NCBI GenBank assembly: GCA_963665665.1
Contig: OY762428.1
Coordinates: 1,056,001-1,120,000, forward strand
Reading direction: 5' to 3'
DNA length: 64,000 nt
From: Candidatus Kapaibacterium sp.
Lineage (GTDB): Bacteria > Bacteroidota > Ignavibacteria > Kapaibacteriales > UBA2268
Shown: positions 58,387-64,000 of the stretch, piece after piece
How positions within the stretch are numbered: position 1 is the first letter of the stretch
Layout: each line of letters opens with the position of its first letter
Translations under genes and position numbers: made by a program
The notes under the pieces: generated by a model
What the model was told of the DNA's origin: nothing
The model's input: the letters and a program-made list of their open reading frames with translations, nothing else
Database searches by the model: none

Positions 58387-58824
58387 TTAAAAGAGCTAAT
58401 TATCCGGTGCAATTTCTCTTTTGAATATTACACAGAATATGAGAACGAAAATACAAAGAAACAATATAATTATCAAAAAGATTTTAGGTATAACCAATAA
58501 AAAACCGGCATCCCGCGAATCTTTCTCGCAATTATTAATAAAAAACTAATTCATGCTAAATGTATCTGACTTATCCGCAATAACATCCCGCAGATTAATC
58601 AAGGGCTCCCCCCCTTTCATTAATTTTGAAAATTGTTAAAACCTGTTCTAATTTCCGAGCTTCGTATCATATATAACAAAAATCTTCATTCCCCTTTTCC
58701 AAGTTTCTTTAAAATAAAGTAATAAAAATATAATTCCAAATATTTATTTTCTATTTTCTCAATTAATTTAAAATACTCATATTGCAGTTAATTATTTGTA
58801 TGAATTAATATTAAAATTCAGTTA

Positions 58825-60279
58825 ATGAAACTTTCGTCTTTAATCGGCCATGCATCATACCTGGCTTCACTTATCGAAAAATCCCGTGATCCTTCGGACA
58901 GACTCGCTTCGCAATACTTCCGAAGCAAGAAGTATATCGGAAGCAAAGAAAGAAGATTTCTTTCCGAGTCTGTTTTTTTTCATCTCAGGATATTATCCCT
59001 GTCCCGCTATCTGACCGATAGTTGCTTTGATTTATTGCATAATGAATCTGCCGGTAAAATTGAGTTTATTACTTCATTGATTCTTGCAAAGCAATTTAAT
59101 GATCACGAGATGATTAGTTTTGCCCCCTATGAATTGTTATTAAGGGCGGGCAATTCCGGCGAATTCCGGGTATTAGTGAATGAATGCCTCAGTGATATTC
59201 TAAACACTGACAGCACGCTCGATCAGTATTCGATGATTCTTACTGGATACAATAAACTTGCTAAGAATATATCATCCGTTTCTAATTGTCCGGGAAATAG
59301 TAACTTAAAATTACTATCCGACTATTTTATCATGCCTGAATTTTTATTGATGTCTCTATTAACATATTTAAATATCGATCAAATATCGGCGATTTCAAAG
59401 GCAATGATGGATTCGGCGCCGGCCGGAATTCGTATCCAGGGAAAAAGTATTGATAGAAATGACCTTATAAAGAGTTTGTGCCTGGAAGAAAATCATTATA
59501 AATCCGGCAGTATTTCACCTTCATGTATTAATATATATAAAAGGATACAAATAATCAGTTCAATTCCCTACAAAAACGGTTTTATTGAAATACAGGACGA
59601 AGGCAGCCAGCTAATTGGTTTCGCTTTGAATCCGGCGCCAAAATCAAGAGTTCTGGATGCATGTGCTGGGGCAGGCGGAAAAACAATGCATATTGCCGAC
59701 CTGCAAAATGATAGTGGACACATTGTATCAGCCGATATCGACCTGAAAAAACTTAAGGAACTGAATAAACGCGCCGCCAGAGCAGGATTTAATTCAATCA
59801 ACACTTTCCTGTGGCAGACCAATCCAGGAAAAAAAGCAAGCTCTAAACAAAAGGAACAATATAACAAACTTTTCAACAGGCCCTTCGATTATGTCCTGGT
59901 TGATGCACCATGTTCAGGTTCCGGAACAGTCAGGCGCAGTCCAATGCAAAAATGGAGGCTAAATGAGAAGCTGATCCAAAAACATTCACGCAAGCAATTT
60001 GAGCTTCTTTCGAAATATTCAGAATATGTAAGGCCTGGCGGAATATTGGTTTACGCAACATGTTCAATACTTCCGCAGGAAAACAACTATGTTATTGATA
60101 AATTCATGGATGTGCATCCTGATTTTGAGCCATCCCCACTTGCCGGTATTTTCAAAGAAAATGATATTGAAATTGCGAATTTAGAAAAAAATCAGCATTT
60201 TCTTACACTTTTACCAGGAATTCACGGAACGGACGGTTTCTTCATGGCCCGGTTCAAAAGGACAGTGTGTAACATTTAA
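58825..60279 (+). CDS. RsmB/NOP2-family RNA m5C methyltransferase
   Basis: YFRSKKYIGSKERR, IEIQDEGSQLI, VLDACAGAGGKT, VLVDAPCSGSGTVRR, LVYATCSILPQEN, TDGFFMARF. Confidence 0.92.
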   Translation: MKLSSLIGHASYLASLIEKSRDPSDRLASQYFRSKKYIGSKERRFLSESVFFHLRILSLSRYLTDSCFDLLHNESAGKIEFITSLILAKQFNDHEMISFAPYELLLRAGNSGEFRVLVNECLSDILNTDSTLDQYSMILTGYNKLAKNISSVSNCPGNSNLKLLSDYFIMPEFLLMSLLTYLNIDQISAISKAMMDSAPAGIRIQGKSIDRNDLIKSLCLEENHYKSGSISPSCINIYKRIQIISSIPYKNGFIEIQDEGSQLIGFALNPAPKSRVLDACAGAGGKTMHIADLQNDSGHIVSADIDLKKLKELNKRAARAGFNSINTFLWQTNPGKKASSKQKEQYNKLFNRPFDYVLVDAPCSGSGTVRRSPMQKWRLNEKLIQKHSRKQFELLSKYSEYVRPGGILVYATCSILPQENNYVIDKFMDVHPDFEPSPLAGIFKENDIEIANLEKNQHFLTLLPGIHGTDGFFMARFKRTVCNI

Positions 60280-60326
60280 CACATAATTAATACAAGATTA
60301 CAGTTTATTCATTATCAAATTCGGAT

Positions 60327-60968
60327 ATGAAAACATTACTTGAAAACATTGACACCATAATCTTCGATTTCGGTGGTGTTCTATATAGAATTAATCCAGA
60401 GGACAGCTTTTCTGCTTTTACTAAACTTATCAATAAATCAGGAGTTAAGGTAAGCCGTGAAGTAATTTTATCCAGACTGGTTGTTCCCTACGAAAAGGGC
60501 GAGCTAAGCAGCCCCGGATTTATAAACGGGCTAAGGTCATATTGCAATAATGTAATTGATAATAATGAATTAATACGAATTTGGAATCTCACCCTGAAAG
60601 AACTTTACCCTGATTCTTTTCAGATACTTAGTTACTTTAAGAAATATTACGACATATTACTGCTAAGCAACACTAACGAGATTCATTATGAATTCTTTAA
60701 GCCGGAATGCCGAGAGATTTTCAGTCTTTTCAGGAAAAAATATTTTTCGTACCAGATAGGAATGGCCAAACCTGATAATGAAATATTCAATTATCTTATT
60801 GAAGATGCTGGAATTAATAAATCTAAAAGCCTTTTTATTGATGACAATACCGCAAATATCGCTACAGCAAAAGCTATGGGCTTTAGAACACTGCTCCTTG
60901 ACAACAGAAACAAACTGTCAGAATTATTTCACACTGTCAAAAAATATACACAAAATAATGAAATATGA
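60327..60968 (+). CDS. HAD-superfamily phosphatase (YihX-like)
   Basis: IIFDFGGVL, LLSNTN, MAKPD, LFIDD...NI..A...G. Confidence 0.9.
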   Translation: MKTLLENIDTIIFDFGGVLYRINPEDSFSAFTKLINKSGVKVSREVILSRLVVPYEKGELSSPGFINGLRSYCNNVIDNNELIRIWNLTLKELYPDSFQILSYFKKYYDILLLSNTNEIHYEFFKPECREIFSLFRKKYFSYQIGMAKPDNEIFNYLIEDAGINKSKSLFIDDNTANIATAKAMGFRTLLLDNRNKLSELFHTVKKYTQNNEI

Positions 60969-61117
60969 TTAATCAAACCAGTTAATCACATATATTCAAC
61001 TTTCACTGACAAATTATTTTCCAAAATCATACTCACATCCAATTACTGATATAAATATTTCGTTACTAATCAGCATAAAGGAAGAATATGTTAGATATGG
61101 TTAATAATACCAGAAAA

Positions 61118-61228
61118 TGTCACTCTGAACAAAGTGAAGAGTCTATTCTTCATAATTTTATCCAAAAAACAAGTGGATTCTTCAGTCGCAAGCTCCGGAA
61201 GCCTGCCCCGACATGTCGGGGAATGACA
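61118..61228. repeat. REP/MITE-like palindromic element, copy 2, with a nested mini-palindrome
   Basis: TGTCACTCTGAAC...TGAAGAGTC / GATTCTTCA...GAATGACA. The right arm is interrupted by the perfect palindrome CCCCGACATGTCGGGG (61206-61221). Confidence 0.78.
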
Positions 61229-61458
61229 TTTTTGCAATTATTCTTTTCAAAAAAAGAATAATATTATATTTGCTGAATATTAACAATATTTCAAAATACT
61301 AATGGAGCAAAAATAATTTTGAGTATTCAAAGGCTAATTCATATCGGTACAATTTGGTCTTATATAATTTACACTTAAAATAAATCACGGATATTTCGTT
61401 CTTATTAAAGTTAGAATTGAAAAATAAAGAGAAAAATATATTCATTTGGAGTCGAATT

Positions 61459-63135
61459 ATGAAAATTGAAGTAGTAATGCCAAAAATGGGCGAATCCCTC
61501 CAGGAAGGAACAATCGTAAAATGGCTGAAAAATGTTGGTGAAACCGTAGAACGTGATGAAATGATCCTGGAAATTTCCACCGACAAAGTTGATACTGAAG
61601 TACCTTCGCCAAATGACGGTACTATCGTTGAGATTCTTGCAGAAGAAAATGATACAATAGAAGTAGGTAAAGTAATAGCTATTATTGAAACTGATGCTAC
61701 TGATCAAAAATCAGAACCAGCAGAAATCATCCCGGAACCCGAGGTGGAAAAACCTGCTCCCCCTTCTGACGTTGAGACAATTGAAGTGGTAATGCCAAAG
61801 ATGGGAGAATCCCTACAGGAAGGAACTATCGTGAAATGGCTGAAAAATGTTGGGGAAACCGTTGAACGTGATGAAATGATACTTGAAATTTCTACTGATA
61901 AGGTTGATACTGAAGTGCCTTCTCCTGCTAACGGAACCTTAATCGAGGTACTTGCCGAGGAAGGTGATACAATTGAAGTAGGAAATGTTATTGCCAGGAT
62001 TACAACGGGTGGAAAAGCAGCAACACCTAAAGTAAAAACTCCTGCTCCTAAAGATTCCTCATCTGAACCGGCTAAGGAGAAATCCGAACCTGCTTACAGG
62101 CAAATTGCGGCGGGTACAACTTTCGATATTCCCCGTAAACATAATGATAAATTCTTCTCCCCGCTTGTTCGTACAATTGCCGAGAAAAACAGGATACCTC
62201 TTGAAGAACTTGAAACTTTGAAAGGGAGCGGTATTGAAGGAAGAATCACAAAGAATGACCTGCTAAAGTATATTGAAAATAAAAATTCCGGAAATATTTC
62301 AGCCTCTACAGCTGTAACAGAGAGGCCACAGACATCCCCGGCAACTGTACCAGACAGTAAACCCGTAAAAATGCCGTCTGCACAGCCGCAGTCTATGCCT
62401 GAGCAGAATATTCAGCCAATACAGGGCGACGAAGTTATTCCTATGGACAGGGTTCGCAGCCTGATTGCCGAGCACATGGTATTTTCAATGCGCACATCAG
62501 CTCATGTAACCAGTGTTGACGAAGCTGACCTTACAGGTATAGTAAAATACAGAAATAAAGTTAAAGATGAATTCTTTAAACGTGAAGGTGTAAAACTTAC
62601 ATTCATGCCTTTCTTTGCAAAAGCAGTAATCGACGCTCTTAAAGAATATCCTATGGTGAACGTAAGCGTTGACGGTAAAAATATTATCAAACACAACCGT
62701 ATCAATCTTGGTATTGCCACAGCCCTTGAAGACGGCAACCTGATTGTACCGGTTATCAAAGATGCTGATGACCTGAGTATTACAGGCCTTGCAAAAAGAA
62801 TTGCCGATCTGGCAAACAGGGCAAGAACAAAACAGTTAAGCCCCGATGAAATACAGGGAGGCACTTTTACAATAACAAACTTCGGTTCGTTCGGAACATT
62901 ATTCGGCTCACCGATTATTAATCAGCCGGAAGTAGCTATTCTCGGTGTTGGTGCGATAAAGAAACGCCCCGTTGTAAAAGAGATTGAAGGCGACTACGCT
63001 ATTGTTCCGAGAGACATCAGTTTTATATCACTCAGTTACGACCACAGAGTAGTTGACGGTATGCTGGGAGGCCTGTTTACGATGGCTGTAGTTAAAAATC
63101 TTGAAAAAATGGCAGCAGGAAATATTCAGCTATAG
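61459..63135 (+). CDS. sucB: 2-oxoacid dehydrogenase E2 (dihydrolipoamide acyltransferase, SucB/DlaT type) with two lipoyl domains
   Basis: Two EISTDKVDTEVPSP lipoyl motifs, E3-binding FSPLVR...GSGIEGRITKND, and catalytic GGTFTITN, PIINQPEVAILG, LSYDHRVVDG. Substrate specificity cannot be determined from the sequence. Confidence 0.85.
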   Translation: MKIEVVMPKMGESLQEGTIVKWLKNVGETVERDEMILEISTDKVDTEVPSPNDGTIVEILAEENDTIEVGKVIAIIETDATDQKSEPAEIIPEPEVEKPAPPSDVETIEVVMPKMGESLQEGTIVKWLKNVGETVERDEMILEISTDKVDTEVPSPANGTLIEVLAEEGDTIEVGNVIARITTGGKAATPKVKTPAPKDSSSEPAKEKSEPAYRQIAAGTTFDIPRKHNDKFFSPLVRTIAEKNRIPLEELETLKGSGIEGRITKNDLLKYIENKNSGNISASTAVTERPQTSPATVPDSKPVKMPSAQPQSMPEQNIQPIQGDEVIPMDRVRSLIAEHMVFSMRTSAHVTSVDEADLTGIVKYRNKVKDEFFKREGVKLTFMPFFAKAVIDALKEYPMVNVSVDGKNIIKHNRINLGIATALEDGNLIVPVIKDADDLSITGLAKRIADLANRARTKQLSPDEIQGGTFTITNFGSFGTLFGSPIINQPEVAILGVGAIKKRPVVKEIEGDYAIVPRDISFISLSYDHRVVDGMLGGLFTMAVVKNLEKMAAGNIQL

Positions 63136-63154
63136 TATTCATATATTTTTTGAT

Positions 63155-63197
63155 AAAAAAAAACATCCGCCTGATAAAACCCGGCGGATGTTTTTTT
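63155..63197. terminator. Bidirectional rho-independent terminator
   Basis: A9-CATCCGCC...GGCGGATG-T7 between convergent genes. Confidence 0.85.
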
Positions 63198-63230
63198 ATA
63201 ATATATTTTTATAATAAATATTATTACAGT

Positions 63231-64000
63231 TTATTTTACCACTACAAACTTTGCTGCGGCAACTTCTTTTCCACTTCTGACTATCAGCCAGAAAACACCG
63301 GAAGAAAGTTTGGAAACGTTAAATTCCATTTCAGTTAATCCCTGGCTAAGGGTTTTCTTATTACCAGGTAATACCAGATTACCAATATTATCGCAAATAG
63401 AAATTTCAGCTTCCATGAATGTACCGCTATTTATTTCAGCAGTTAAAATACCATTTGAATTTTCGTGTACTGATAAAATTTTCAAAAGGCCGGAACTAAG
63501 TCCGCCATTAGATTCAAATACATCACTATCTTTCAGAACTGTCAGTTTTGCAGCATCGGATTCGGCCTCGCCGCACTCACCGATTATCTCACAATGGTAC
63601 ATACCAGAATCAGCCATCGAAACACCTTCTATCATCAGGCTGTCAGATTTCATATTTAATATTTCCTGGCCGTCTTTGAACCATTGATATTCCAGGTCTT
63701 TACCTAAGGCTTCAACTTTAAAGACAACATTTGAATTTTCTTTTATCGTTTTATCCTCGGGACTTTGGCTTACTTCAGTTCCTTTAACAACAGTTAGCCG
63801 TACAGGGTCGCTTTCAGCCACCGGCTGGCAAAAGCCGCCAACAGAAACAGTATAATCTCCGGCATCAGTCATTCGAACTTCAGTAAGAACCAGAACAGAA
63901 TCTGTAGCACCGTTAATGGGATTGCCATTCAGGTTCCAGGCATAATTAATTTTTTCTCCATGAGCATGGCATTCAAGCATAAACTCTCCGCCCTCACATA
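63231..64000 (-). CDS. Ig-domain protein with a T9SS-like C-terminal domain, 5'-truncated by the window edge
   Basis: Frame is open to the window end (CEGGEFMLEC...). I-set motifs YQWFKDG and DAGDY/DSGMYHC. Terminal ICDNIGNLV...LSSGVFWL...KFVVVK. Confidence 0.85.
   Translation of the reverse strand, partial: CEGGEFMLECHAHGEKINYAWNLNGNPINGATDSVLVLTEVRMTDAGDYTVSVGGFCQPVAESDPVRLTVVKGTEVSQSPEDKTIKENSNVVFKVEALGKDLEYQWFKDGQEILNMKSDSLMIEGVSMADSGMYHCEIIGECGEAESDAAKLTVLKDSDVFESNGGLSSGLLKILSVHENSNGILTAEINSGTFMEAEISICDNIGNLVLPGNKKTLSQGLTEMEFNVSKLSSGVFWLIVRSGKEVAAAKFVVVK

Overview
AT-rich bacterial chromosome segment, most likely from the FCB group (Ignavibacteria/Kapabacteria-like). This is inferred from five proteins with type IX secretion (T9SS) C-terminal domains, TAnnTTTG promoter motifs, and clear Shine-Dalgarno sites. 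Housekeeping genes are uvrC (partial), gpmI, dnaB, an RsmB-family methyltransferase and a 2-oxoacid dehydrogenase E2. No rRNA, tRNA, CRISPR array or transposase was seen. Four things stand out. (1) A ~25 kb minus-strand surface-structure locus (32959-58247): a sigma54-type promoter, a small T9SS cargo protein, a 3118-aa phage-tail-fibre-like protein with no T9SS signal, a 3794-aa beta-helix/Ig T9SS protein, a free copy of that protein's first module, and a TMTC-like glycosyltransferase. (2) A membrane-spanning Cache-PAS-CBS-DUF294 nucleotidyltransferase with an extra His-rich N-terminal domain, divergent from a DUF485-actP acetate symporter operon. (3) A 1540-aa fusion of an acyl-CoA ligase, a possible pseudokinase and a GNAT domain. 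(4) Short palindromic repeats, one inserted in frame in a GH13 gene, with the same mini-palindrome nested in two unrelated repeat types. All family assignments come from reading motifs by eye; no searches were run.
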